Part shown: positions 14,318 through 27,087 of the stretch, piece after piece
Numbering within the stretch: the stretch's first letter is position 1
How the letters are laid out: each line of letters opens with the position of its first letter
Source of the DNA: Narcine bancroftii
Taxonomy: Eukaryota
Direction of reading: 5' to 3'
Assembly (NCBI RefSeq): GCF_036971445.1
Contig: NC_091474.1
Span: 37,014,001-37,078,000 of the forward strand
Length of the DNA: 64,000 nt
The notes under the pieces: generated by a model
What the model was told of the DNA's origin: nothing
Database searches by the model: none
What the model saw: the letters and a program-made list of their open reading frames with translations, nothing else
Program-made: the position numbers and the translations under genes

Positions 14318-14654
14318 CAGTGGTTTTCAAACTGCCCCCCTCCAAACTCCCTCTCCCCCTTAGCTATCTCTATGCCATTGGTTGTGTGATTAGTAAGGTT
14401 TAAGGTGGTATGTGGGTGGAAGAAAACATTTGAAAGTCACTGTTTTATTTGTACCTAATTGACTCATTAAGTGCACAGTTTCATAACCTCAAAAGAAATG
14501 GGCCAATGACAATTTTTCTCAGTGGTTCTCAACCTTCCCTGCACACTCACATTCCAACTAAGAAATCCCTTACTAATCACAGAACACTTATGGCATAGGG
14601 ATAGCTTAAAGTGGAATGAGAATTTGGGAGGGGGGGGTGGTTTGAAAACCACTG
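14318..14654. mobile_element. Composite hAT MITE, copy 2 (opposite orientation, internal deletion)
   Basis: CAGTGGTTTTCAAAC...TTTGAAAACCACTG with the same internal spacer as copy 1, reverse-complemented and shortened. No clear TSD. Confidence 0.85.
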
Positions 14655-14659
14655 CCATA

Positions 14660-15095
14660 GGGTCATAAAGTTTTGGAAACAGAAGTAGTCCATTTGGTTT
14701 GCTCTGCCATTCTGTCATGAACTGATCCATTCCCCCATTCAGCCCCAATCCCTTGCTTTCTACCCACAACCTATGATACCCTGACTCTTCAGTTAACTAT
14801 CAATCACTTTCTTAAATACCCTCAATGACTTGACCTCCACATCCACCAATGGTAGCAAATTCCAGAGGATCACCAATCTCTGGATAAAGAAATCCCTCCA
14901 CATCTGTTTTAAATGGGTGCCCTTCAATTCTAAAGTTGTGCCCATTTATTCTGGACTCCCCTACCATGGGAAATAACTTTGCCACATCTACTCAGTCCAG
15001 GCCTTCTGAGCTCCAAGGAGTACACTCCAAGACCTGTCAAATGTTCATTCTATGCTAATCCCTTCATCCCAGGGATCATTCTTGTGAATCTTGAG
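14660..15095 (-). mobile_element. CR1-type LINE 3' fragment
   Basis: Resembles the 3' end of the CR1 at 17095 (gccattc...catga.ctgatc, aaattccagagga, tggataaagaaat, atcattcttgtgaatct). Confidence 0.7.
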
Positions 15096-15204
15096 GAAAC
15101 GTTACCATTACATCTCTCCTGTAAAAGTTTCATGCTATCAGCTTTTGCTCCATCTCCCAGCAAAGGGCAATGCAGTGCAGCACATCTGGTGGACCTTAAC
15201 TTCT

Positions 15205-15482
15205 CATCTCCCATCAAAGTGGGTTCAGTACTCGCCTCCAGTGCTGTCAATGTGGAGTTTGCACATTCACCATCAGATGTTCCCATTTCCTCCCCTATCC
15301 CAACAAATTAGCTCATTGATGGGTAAATTTCTCTATGTGCACAGGCAAGTGACAGAGTCTTGGGGAATTGTTGGGACTGTGGAGGGGATAAAATAGGATT
15401 AGGATTTAAAATGGCTGCTGGACAGTTGGCAGGTCATGAGTGGGCAAAAGGGGCGGCTTCAGTGTTGTATTTCTCCATGACA
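15205..15482 (+). mobile_element. Old tRNA-derived V-SINE/HE1-like SINE
   Basis: Degenerate B box gggttcagtac, core tgtggagtttgcacattc, and CR1-like tail gtgttgtatttctccatgac. Confidence 0.6.
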
Positions 15483-17094
15483 CAAGAAAGCTCGACTGAA
15501 AATTTATATTTATTACAACATGACCAGCAAGAAAAAAAATGAATTTGCTGTCTGATTTAACTTGGCTAATTGCCTGATGCTTAAAATAATTTTCCTCTCA
15601 CTTATGACATATGGCCACATTTCCAAAATCGAGGCAAGATCATTATGAATTGCCACTGGTCCATCTCCTCTTCCCACCCCTCCCCAAACTATTCTTTCTG
15701 TTCCATGACTAACCTTTACTGGACAGCTTAGCTTTCCCTCTTCTTGGTTCTACTTTCCATGGAAATAAGGGCAGATAATAGGGGTCTTGTGCTTTACCAA
15801 TAAGGTGCAGAGAATTCTTAAGTTGAACTTTATACACTCCAACTTGAGTGGCACATTAGACAATATTTCTTGGCGGCTTGTTTAGAAACACACAAAAATT
15901 TGTCGACACTGGAAATCTGAAACAAAACCAGAAAATGCAGCCTCCATAGAAAGCAAGAGTTAAAGTTTCAGGTTGAAGGTTTTTCCATCACAACTCCTTT
16001 AGATGACTAGGTTCACAAGGCCAACTTAGAAGTCAATACGAAAGTTTGCCCAAATAGTCGGCAATTTATTTTATTTGCATTTGCAGCACGGAAATATTAG
16101 ACAAGGTAAACAATCAGTTGAATAGAGGATCAATTCTTCTTTTGCATACTATGTGGACCAGAATCGGTTTAGTTTTGTACCTGCCTGAACAATAAATGGG
16201 GAGTTATGCTACCTGGTCGTATTACCAACTGAATAGGGAGGCGTAACAAGAATGACACTTGTGTGCTTTTGAGCATGAATGAAATATGATTCAAGCTTCC
16301 ATTTCATTTATGCTGATTGAAAGGCATGCTGGAGGACTCTGATAGCAATGGCTTAGTTTCATGACAGGTAGAAGAGTGGAGTACATTCTAAACGCAGGGG
16401 GTGCAGACAGTCAACGGTAAAGGCTGTATTTCCGCTGACCTCACAAAGTAAGTGCAAGCAAAGTTCTTGGAAAAACTTTGCAATGTATTTACTATAAACA
16501 AGAGGCTAGAAACCAGCTTTAAAAAAAAAAATCTTTTAGTTTAAACCACTTCAATTGAACCATTTTATGTCCTTTAACTTCTGGATAAATAGCACAGTGC
16601 CTGGACAAAAGAATACCTTCATCAAGAGAGTTGAATTTCAAATTGGGCTTATGAGAAGATACAAAAAACCCATTTTAATGCATTATTATTTGACAGTAAA
16701 GACTGTATAATGATTGGCTTTACCACACTAAAAGACAGCAATGCAGATCAAAAGTACATCTGCAAAGTTTCTGTATATGATCCAAAAGTTCACAAGGCAC
16801 TAGGTAGCTCCTGTACTTACAAGTAATGATCACTTCTTCCTCACGATCACTCAAACTGGCAGCACCCATTCTGTTCAGAAGCAGCTCTCCAGTTCAGTGC
16901 GTTTCCAAAACTCATCTGCTGCACTGCCTGTCTGGCTGGGATCAGCAACAAAAGGCTGCAGGTGGGAGGGATCAATGTGCCCAGTACTCTAAAAGGGAGA
17001 CTTAAATCACATTCTGCACCTGGAATGGCGTCAAGGTGCAGCTTCCTAACTTCTGTCAACTTACCATAACTCATTCCCTCTTCTGAATAACATT

Positions 17095-19260
17095 AACATG
17101 AGAACATAAGAAACTGTAGCACGAGCCTTGCCCATTGAGCCTGTTCCACCATTCAAAAAGATCATGGCTGATCTAGTTGTGGACTAGATTCCACATACCT
17201 GCCTTCTTCCCATTACCCCCTTTTATGCAAAGATTCAACTGTGTCTTAAAAATACTTAATGAGGCAGCCTCTACTGTTTCCTTGGGCAGAGAATTCCACA
17301 GATTTACCACTCACTGGGAAAAAGCAGTTGCTCCTGTTCTCCATCATAAATCTACTCCCCTGAATCTTGAGGCTGTGCTCCAAGTTCTTGTCTCACCTAC
17401 CAGTGAAAACAACTTTCCTCCCTCTATTTTATTAATCCCTTTCTTGATTTTATATGTTTCTACAAGATCCCCTCTTATTCTTCCAAATTTCATGAAGTAT
17501 AGACCCAGGCAACTCAATCTCTCCTCATAGGCTAACTCCCCCATCTCTGGAATCAACCTCGTGAATCTTCTCTGGACTCCCTCCAATGCGAACATATTCT
17601 TCCTCATGTGAGACCAGATCTGCATGCAGTACTCCAGCTGCAACCTTCCCAGTACTCTGCATAGTTGCACTTAAATTAAATCCCTCTAGTAATGAAGGCT
17701 ATTTACCTTCCTGATAACGTGCTGCAACTGCAAACCAATATTTTGTGATTCATGCACAAGCATTCCCAAAGTGGATTCACCAACATTACACTCCAATCTA
17801 CCAGACCTTTGCCCACTCACTTAATCTATCTTCATCTCTCTGTGGACTCACTCCCTCTTCTGCACACTTTGTTTTTACACTCAGTTTAGTGTTATTAGCA
17901 AACTTGGATAAGCTACACCTGGTCCCCTCTTCCAAATCATTGATTTATATTGTGAAAAGCTGCAGGCTCAGCAGTAACCCCTGTGGCACTCTGCTCACCA
18001 CTGATTGAAAACCAGAGGAATACCCATTTATCCAACTCTCTGCCTTCTGTTGGATAGATAATCCTCTAACCATGTTAATACGTTCCACCCAATTCCATGC
18101 ATCCTTACCTTATGAATAAGTTATCTATGCAGCATCTTATCCAATGCCACCCATTCCCTTCATTATATCCTCATAGAACTCTAGCATCTTCGTCCAACTT
18201 GAACTTCTCTTCCTGAATCTACACGATGCCTGCTTTTCTACTTCTCTCACTATTATTCACTTAACTGATAGCTTCAAGTATTTTCCCAACAATAAACGCT
18301 CAGTTAATTGGCCAATGGCTACTTTCTTTTTCTTTACATCCTCTTTTAAACCATGGTGTGACATTTCCTGCCTTCCAGTTTGCTCAGAGCCCAGAAAAAA
18401 TTTGGTAAATTATCACAAACACATCTCCTAGAACTTCCGCCATTTCTTTCAGTGCCCTCTGATGCATTCCATCAGGACCACGTTTAGATTTAGTTTTGGT
18501 CGCTAATCTTTAAGTTAGTGATTGTATCAAAGTCATCACCTCCCAATGCATTCGTAGTATCCCTTTGGCATGTTAGATGTGTCTTCCATCATGATGACCT
18601 GCACAAAATAGCTGTTCAAAGCCTCGGCCATTTCTGCATTATGATTTTTCCCCTTCTCTCCTTTCAAAGGACCTGCATTGATTCTAACCAATCATTTTCA
18701 TCTTATATAATTGTGAAACACTTGTTATCTATTTTTATAGGTGGTGCTTCTTTCATAATCTATCTACCCTTTATTGCTTGCTCAGTACTTTGTTGCTTTT
18801 AAACAAGGTCAGTGAATTTTGGCCCATATCCAGCAGGAAGGGGCACAATTTCATCGCCTTTACAAAAACGGATTCAGGGTGATGATTGGGAACTAAACAT
18901 TCAAGGCTATCAGGTAATATGGTAGGAAAGGTAAGTCAGTAGGGGAAGTGGGTAACATTCTTAGGATGAGTTCAGGGAGATGGTGTGAAACACTACAAGA
19001 TTTAAGGGATACAACATCATTCCACTTTTTATCCTAGATCATTGATATCTACATGCCTAACAACAACTGGCTGTTCACTCTCCCCTTTCAGAATGTCCTG
19101 TAGCCTCTCTGAGGTATCCATGACCCTTGCACCAAGCAGGCAACACGCCAACCAGGAATTCAGTTTGAACCTCTCTTGAACATGGAATCCCCAATCACTT
19201 TGCCACTCTTTTTCCTGTCCTGTGCAGCAGAGCCCACCCTTGACCTTCCCTGTGCATTCC
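17095..19260 (-). mobile_element. Degenerate CR1 LINE (ORF1 esterase remnant, inverted endonuclease segment, RT and C-terminus)
   Basis: ORF 17344-17670 LEYCMQIWS..LEGVQRRFTRLIP..YEERL..RGDLVETYKI is the CR1 ORF2 C-terminus. ORF 19029-19349 ERLQDILKGESEQPVVVRHVDINDLG is ORF1 SGNH esterase-like. The 18803-19020 segment is endonuclease-like on the + strand. Confidence 0.85.
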
Positions 19261-19816
19261 CCTCTAGGAAAGACAAAATGGAAGGAGGAATCAATCTTCT
19301 CTCTAAAACCACTGGAAATATCAATGACAATTGTTAGATCATGCATCACACCCAGGTTACTTTGAAAGCATGTTACCAGGGAGTCAAGCAGGAGTTAACC
19401 ACGGAAAATAAAATGAATACAACATAATGAGAGGGAATAAGTATATTCCTAAAAACTATGTATTGAGTGAGGAAGAAACCAAGTCAAACAATGCAGCAAG
19501 ATCAAAATAATAAAAAGCTAGAAATACACGTGGAAAACATCAACTGGAGTTTCCAATATTGGCTGTACCTGAGGGTTCCAGCCTGGCATTTTCCATAGGT
19601 TCTGCCAGATTTGCTCAGTGGCTCCACCTTGTTTGGCTTTTTGCCTCCAGATCACCAACATCTGCACTATTTAACTTTTTGTTATAGGTCTGAGGCTTGA
19701 AGCTCCTGCTGTTCTACATTATGATAGATAGTGATCCACTATTCCACAGCATGTAACGTTTAATTTCAAAATCACCATCAACATTGAAAGTACCATAGTA
19801 GCTCAAAAAGAAGCAT

Positions 19817-20707
19817 AGCACCTCCTGGGTAACAGAAGTAAACCAGCACAGCACCTCCTGGGTAACAGAAGTAAACCAGCACAGCACCTCCTGGGTAACA
19901 GAAGTAAACCAGCACAGCACCTCCTGGGTAACAGAAGTAAACCAGCACAGCACCTCCTGGGTAACAGAAGTAAACCAGCACAGCACCTCCTGGGTAACAG
20001 AAGTAAACCAGCACAGCACCTCCTGGGTAACAGAAGTAAACCAGCACAGCACCTCCTGGGTAACAGAAGTAAACCAGCACAGCACCTCCTGGGTAACAGA
20101 AGTAAACCAGCACAGCACCTCCTGGGTAACAGAAGTAAACCAGCACAGCACCTCCTGGGTAACAGAAGTAAACAAGCACAGCACCTCCTGGGTAACAGAA
20201 GTAAACCAGCACAGCACCTCCTGGGTAACAGAAGTAAACCAGCACAGCACCTCCTGGGTAACAGAAGTAAACCAGCACAGCACCTCCTGGGTAACAGAAG
20301 TAAACAAGCACAGCACCTCCTGGGTAACAGAAGTAAACCAGCACAGCACCTCCTGGGTAACAGAAGTAAACCAGCACAGCACCTCCTGGGTAACAGAAGT
20401 AAACCAGCACAGCACCTCCTGGGTAACAGAAGTAAACCAGCACAGCACCTCCTGGGTAACAGAAGTAAACCAGCACAGCACCTCCTGGGTAACAGAAGTA
20501 AACCAGCACAGCACCTCCTGGGTAACAGAAGTAAACCAGCACAGCACCTCCTGGGTAACAGAAGTAAACCAGCACAGCACCTCCTGGGTAACAGAAGTAA
20601 ACCAGCACAGCACCTCCTGGGTAACAGAAGTAAACCAGCACAGCACCTCCTGGGTAACAGAAGTAAACAAGCACAGCACCTCCTGGGTAACAGAAGTAAA
20701 CAAGCAT
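19817..20707. repeat. 33-bp minisatellite, 27 copies, unit AGCACCTCCTGGGTAACAGAAGTAAACCAGCAC
   Basis: Head-to-tail array with no spacers. A C>A variant occurs in copies 11, 15, 26 and 27. AAGCAT precedes the array (19811-19816) and ends the last unit (20702-20707). Confidence 0.98.
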
Positions 20708-21884
20708 ACATATCTAAATAAATAAATAAAGTTTAAAAAGGATAGGAGGTAGCTAATGTGTGGAGAGAGTTAAAATAATTTGTGAAGATGAGGATCCAGA
20801 CAAGAGTTTCTATAATTACTCCAGTTCAGAACAAATAGGGTCCTCCGGTTGCCAGAAGAACAAGTTGCAACTTGTCAGCAACTGAAGTTACCAGGCATTT
20901 GTCAAGGAAGGTTTGAAAGCTGCATTTTAAACCTCAAGGTAATATGTTCCAAGTCCACCTAACTCGATGCATTTACCACCTCGATCAACATAACACAAAA
21001 AAAACTAAAGAAAGTTATTGTCAGTATTGACTGTGAATGATGTTGGAGGCAGAAAAGAGGGCAGTGGGAAAATATTTGAAGTAGCTGGCAAAAAAATAGA
21101 TGCATGAAGCTTAAACACCTTCATTAATGTCTCTTCCTGCTGAGACAGAAATGGATGATACATTGACTTGCTGAACTAGACGTTGGATATTGCTGAAAAT
21201 TAAAGGTGCACATGCACAACTCGGAAAGATCAAGGAGAGACGACTAAGATGGTCATCTTGCCTGAGCTGTAAATCACCTGAATTTTCTAGGTAATTTCTC
21301 AGTGGTATTCTGACAAGTCCAGGTGTCAAACCTATAATGTTACTCCAGAACTTACTTGGAAATGGAGGGCGTCAAGCATTTCAACATGCTCTTACCGCTG
21401 ATCTCGCCAATGACCGGTTTCCATATTGATTCAGACTATTTCATCCTACACCAGATTAGATCCAACGCTGCATCTCAGATCCCGCATGGAAGAAAGGCAA
21501 GGTGGGTAGGTAGGCCAATCTTTGTTTTTAATGATTATTTTTAATGGTTTTAGCCCATCTCATTTTATTATTTCTGAACAATTTTGAAAATGTTTTGCTC
21601 TTTACTTGACTAAAAATTTTAAAACATCTCTGAATGTCAGAGACATTCAGGAATATTTAAACCAGGGATGGCCAACCTTTTTTAATTTAGACAACACAGT
21701 AACAGGCCATTTCAGTCCACGAGACCATGCCGCCCAATTAACCTACACCCCCTGTATGTATTCGCGAGCCAAAATGGCTGTTACCATGCTGTGTGTCTAA
21801 ATTAAAAATTAAAAGATTGGCCTGATTTAAAGCATCAATGTCTTGGACAGCTAGCAAAGCTGGCAGAAGAATTAAGTGGAATAT

Positions 21885-22100
21885 GCAAGGGTGGTGCACT
21901 GACCTCACCTTTACCAAGGCCAGAATTCAGCTCTCAGACACCTCCTCTTATTTACCCTTTGAGCAGGACCCCATGAAGAAATATCAAGCCATCTCCCACA
22001 CCATCACTGACCTCATTACTTCCAGTCATCTCCCTCCCACAGACTCCAACCCTGCACCACCTGTTTCTACCTCCTACCTTATTCCTGCTGCCCCTTTCAG
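21885..22100 (+). mobile_element. Penelope-like element RT fragment
   Basis: WCTDL..ARIQLSDTSSYLPFEQDP..ISHTITDLITS matches the Penelope RT N-terminal pattern (RQLSDxxxYxxLxxDPT). Confidence 0.75.
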
Positions 22101-22299
22101 GGCCTTAATGACTAACAAAGGCTTTCAGAACAGATTCAGGTGCTGAACCTTTCCAGAAATTGTTACATGCCCTGCTGCCACTGAAGCCCAGATCACCTTG
22201 GGCAGATTCAAGAGGGAAAAACTAATTTTCCTTTAACAAAGCAATACAAGGCCTAATGAGGAAGTATCTGGCAAAATACCTCCACCACCCTCCCATGGC

Positions 22300-22545
22300 A
22301 CAGGTATCAAAATCAAGAGGGCAGAGTTTTAAAGAGAAAGTTGGGAGTTTTAAAAGGGATATGAACCATTTTTTTTAAAAGGAATTGTTATCTGGAACAC
22401 ACAGCCAGAAGAGATGGTGAAATTTCAATTCCTCTGTTCAAGTGACATCTGGAAAAAACTTTAAAAGGCAAGGACATGATCCTAATGAATTGATAAGTGC
22501 ATGGTCATGATGGGAGAAGGTTCCATTTCTGTGCTGTGCAACTCT
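22300..22545 (+). mobile_element. CR1 3' end fragment
   Basis: aaaatcaagagggcagagttttaa...tctggaacacacagccagaagagatggtg...gaaggttccatttctgtgctgt. Confidence 0.55.
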
Positions 22546-22887
22546 ACAAAAACAAGAACTGAAGGATCAACGAGCAATCACGTGGAAGCACGCAAGGGCC
22601 ATGTTCTGCTCATCTAAAATGAACACAATGTTCTACCAATGAATTGAAGAAAATAATAATTTGCAGTCACATTGATTGAAGAGATAAATTCCAGCACCTT
22701 TGAAGGAGTAGTTGAGGACCTGGCAGGAAATTGGATCAATGAAACACGAAAGAAGAGCAGGGATTATATGAGAATAATGGACTCGAAAGCATGAAACCAG
22801 TGATAGCTCATCATACTTTTTGAATATTTTATTTTAGTTTTCACAGACTTACAAAATCCAATAAACAAAGTCATCCATGACTTACTA

Positions 22888-23465
22888 CATAAATCGAAGT
22901 ATAGAATATAGGAGCTCGGAGGTGATTTTAAGACTGTTCAAGGCATTTGTGAGGCCAAATTTGGAATACTGTGTGCAGTTCTGTCCCCAAATTATAGGAA
23001 GGATTTCAATATGGTAGAGAGGGTGCAGAGAAGATTTACTAAAATGTTGCCTGGATTGCAGTATCTAGAATACAAAGAAAGATTGAGTAGACTGGGCCTT
23101 TATTCACTGGAGCATAGAAGGTTGAGGGGGGATTTGATAGAGGTATTTAAAATTATGAGGGGGATAGATAGAGTAGATGTGAATAGGCTCTTCCCCTTGA
23201 GGGTAGGTGAGATTGGAACAAGGGGTCATAAGTTGAGGGTTAGGGGGCAAAGGTTTAGAAGTTACATGAGAGGGGGCTTCTTCACTCAGAGAGTGGTGGC
23301 TGCACCTTCTGGAAGAGGTGGTGGCAGCAGGGTCAATGTTGTCATTTAAGAGAAGGTTGGATAAGTGCATGGATGTAAGGGGATTGGTGGGTTACGGACA
23401 GGGAGCAGGTAGGTGGGATCACTTAAATCAGTGCAAACTAGAGGGGCCAAGATGGCCTGTTTCCG
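22888..23465 (+). mobile_element. CR1 LINE 3' fragment inserted in the L1 3'UTR
   Basis: INRSIEYRSSEVILRLFKAFVRPNLEYCVQF..VERVQRRFTKMLPGL..RRLRGDLIEVFKIMRG; ends at ggcctgtttccg. Confidence 0.9.
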
Positions 23466-25874
23466 TAAATTTATACCCAAAATCCGTATTTGCCCCTACA
23501 CCCCCCCACCCCCCCCCCCCGCCACCCACAGTGAACACATTCCAAAATAGTTTCTCAATTCTACTCATCATGGGGCACATGGCTCCCATCAAGGCCTGGA
23601 ATGAAAAGAAATCACAATGGCAATGCCATTCAAATAAAACACTAAAAGAAAAGAAACTCAAAAGAAAAATAAAACTAAGGACCTGAAAAGAAAAGGGCAG
23701 GTATGTCGTCTGTGCCAAGTCCTATTTCCGTAATCACACCTCTGGCTATACTGGGATAATTTAACTATCCCTATTTAAAAGGGGGGAAAATCACTCTGAG
23801 AACCAATGTACTGCAAGTAAGTTTGCCATACTCTAATAAATGTGTCGTGTTTCCTCTGTAGGTTATTTGTAATTTTCTCCAGGGGAATGCAACTCTGAAT
23901 TTCCATATTCCATTGTGTGCTATTTAGCTGGCAGTTGGACTTCCACAAAACCTAGCTCCACAAAGCAACCTTCAAAAACGACATTTGAAATTTAGTCAGT
24001 CTAAACTACACTTCTCCAAAAGGAACAGCTCTGGATCCTGTGGAAAATCCACTCGTAATTTTTTTAGAATATTCCCTAGGTCTTCCCAAAAAGGGCTGTC
24101 TCAAAGGTGAGTGGATGAATGTTCCCACTTCCACACCACATCAAAACACATTTCTGAAATCTCAGACTTTGATCTATGCAATTTCTGAGGTGCAAGGTAC
24201 AACTGATGCAAGATGTTATACTGTACCATCCTGTATCTGGCCTTGACAACCCCCGTCACTGTCCAGACACAGGTCCTGCCACCATTCTTCATTGATTGTT
24301 GTACCCAAGTCCAACTCCCATCTCTCAACCTTTCTAGGCCCAGTTTTGGACTCTCACTTTGGAATATGTAATACATCTTAGAAATAAATTTATACACATT
24401 CCCCTTTCGAATTAGAATCTCCATCCCGCTACATTCAGGCAGGGTCACAACTGGTCCCAATTTTTCCCTCAAAAAGATCTTATTTGCAGATAGTAGAAGA
24501 ATGTTCTGTTGGACAAATTATACTTGTTTCTCAATTGCTCAAATGAGCTGCCCTCCTTCGTAACAATCCTCGGACACCTGATCCCCCACTGGCACCAAGT
24601 GTCCAGGATCTTATTACCCAGAGTCAAGGGTATTAAATTATTCTGAGTCAGGGGCATTTTGGGGGATATTCCCACCTTCCATCCAATACCTTGTTTTATC
24701 CTTTCCCACGTCTGAAGTACATGTTTTAGTATGGGGTTATCCGTTTTCTTTAAGTGTAGTTTTACACCCCATTTATAAATATATTCTTCGGCTATCTCTT
24801 CACCCAACTAATGCAGCTCAATCTGTGTCCACGCTGAACCCTCCTCTCCCTCAAACAGCGAAGTGATAAATCTCACTTGGGATGCCCAATAACACTTTTT
24901 AAAGTCAGGTCATTTTAAACCCCCCAGTTTATAATCCCATGTTAACTTTTCCATGGAGATTCTAGTCATTTTCCCATTCCACAAAAGCTTACTGACTTAC
25001 TTGTTAAACACCTTAAAAAAAAGCTCCAAGGCAATGTGAGGGAAAGATACTAGAGCCTTGCCATCACCTTCATTTTGACAGTTGATTCTTCCCATCAATG
25101 TAATGGGTAGAGTCCTCCATCTGACTAGGTCTTCATCAACCTTCTGGAGCAAAGGGATATAATTAAGCTTATACAAATTACTTAAGTCCTTATTGACTCT
25201 TACCAAAATTTACTCTGTACCCCCAAAACCTTCCTGTAATCCTCCAGTATGGTCCTCAGCCAGGTCAACAACACCCTGGGATTCATCAAATACACTAACA
25301 CTATCATCAAAAAGAGTGATTTTGTATTCCATCTGGCCCACCTTGAACTCCTGTATATCTGGATGCTGCCGAATGGCCTCTGCCAGCGGCTGCATATCTA
25401 GTATGAATGGCACTGGGGACAAAGGGCAACCCTATCTATTTGGTCTGTTCAAGGAAAACACTGTAGATATCTGCCCATTTGTAATAATTTTGGCTCGAGG
25501 TTTATGGCAAAGAGCCTTAACCCAATTGATAAATTTCTGTCCCAGTCTGAATTTCTCCAGCACCTTGAACAGAAAATCCCACACCAATCTGTCAAAAGCC
25601 TTCTCCTCATCCAAAGCTATAGCCACTCCTGGGTCCACCCTTGCCTGTGTTAGGTGTACAACACTTAGCAGTCTAGCTATGTTATTCACCGATTGCCTCT
25701 TTTCTTCGAAACCCACCTGATCTGGGTTAGTAAACTTCAGCACTTGTTTCGCCAGCCTGTTCACCAATACTTTTGCAATAATTTTGCAACCTGCATTTAG
25801 CAATGATATAGGCCTATACAAGGCAGGTTTCAGGGGATCCCTGCCTTCCTTTGGTATTACCGTAATCATCGCTG

Positions 25875-27087
25875 AACCCTTCTCCATTAACAATGGCGTG
25901 AAGCAAGGCTGTGTTCTGGCACCAACCCTCTTTTCAATCTTCTTCAGCATGATGCTGAACCAAGCCATGAAAGACCCCAACAATGAAGACGCTGTTTACA
26001 TCCGGTACCGCACGGATGGCAGTCTCTTCAATCTGAGGCGCCTGCAAGCTCACACCAAGACACAAGAGAAACTTGTCCGTGAACTACTCTTTGCAGACGA
26101 TGCCGCTTTAGTTGCCCATTCAGAGCCAGCTCTTCAGCGTTTGACGTCCTGCTTTGCGGAAACTGCCAAAATGTTTGGCCTGGAAGTCAGCCTGAAGAAA
26201 ACTGAGGTCCTCCATCAGCCAGCTCCCCACCATGATTACCAGCCCCCCCACATCTCCATCGGGCACACAAAACTCAAAACGGTCAACCAGTTTACCTATC
26301 TCGGCTGCACCATTTCATCAGATGCAAGGATCGACAATGAGATAGACACAGACTCGCCAAGGCAAATAGCGCCTTTGGAAGACTACACAAAAGAGTCTGG
26401 AAAAACAACCAACTGAAAAACCTCACAAAGATAAGCGTATACAGAGCCGTTGTCATACCCACACTCCTGTTCGGCTCCGAATCATGGGTCCTCTACCGGC
26501 ACCACCTACGGCTCCTAGAACGCTTCCACCAGCGTTGTCTCCGCTCCATCCTCAACATCCATTGGAGCGCTTACATCCCTAACGTCGAAGTACTCGAGAT
26601 GGCAGAGGTCGACAGCATGGAGACCACGCTGCTGAAGATCCAGCTGCGCTGGATGGGTCACGTCTCCAGAATGGAGGACCATCGCCTTCCCAAGATCGTG
26701 TTATATGGCGAGCTCTCCACTGGCCACTGTGACAGAGGTGCACCAAAGAAAAGGTACAAGGACTGCCTAAAGAAATCTCTTGGTGCCTGCCACATTGACC
26801 ACCGCCAGTGGGCTGATATCGCCTCAAACCGTGCATCTTGGCGCCTCACAGTTTGGCGGGCAGCAACCTCCTTTGAAGAAGACCGCAGAGCCTACCTCAC
26901 TGACAAAAGGCAAAGGAGGAAAAACCCAACACCCAACCCCAACCAACCAATTTTCCCCTGCAACCGCTGCAATCGTGTCTGCCTGTCCCGCATCGGACTT
27001 GTCAGCCACAAACGAGCCTGCAGCTGACGTGGACTTTTTACCCCCTCCATAAATCTTCGTCCGCGAAGCCAAGCCAAAGAAAGAAAG
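25875..27087 (+). mobile_element. Young RTE-clade LINE, 5'-truncated copy 1 (one frameshift near 26349)
   Basis: GVKQGCVLAPTLF, LLFADDAAL, FTYLG, LRWMGHVSRM and a C-terminal CxxC..H..C finger; (AAGA)n tail; 11-bp TSD AATCATCGCTG at 25864-25874 and 27088-27098. Confidence 0.95.

Noticed and set aside
19714-20711. Three ~300-aa repeat-protein ORFs, or a CRISPR with 33-bp repeats
   Set aside because: A by-product of a stop-free 33-bp unit; no spacers, no codon-position variation, no gene context.
25193-26416. Overlapping long ORFs on both strands suggesting a bidirectional gene
   Set aside because: Explained by an RTE inserted antisense into L1 ORF2; the ORFs cross the TSD junction.
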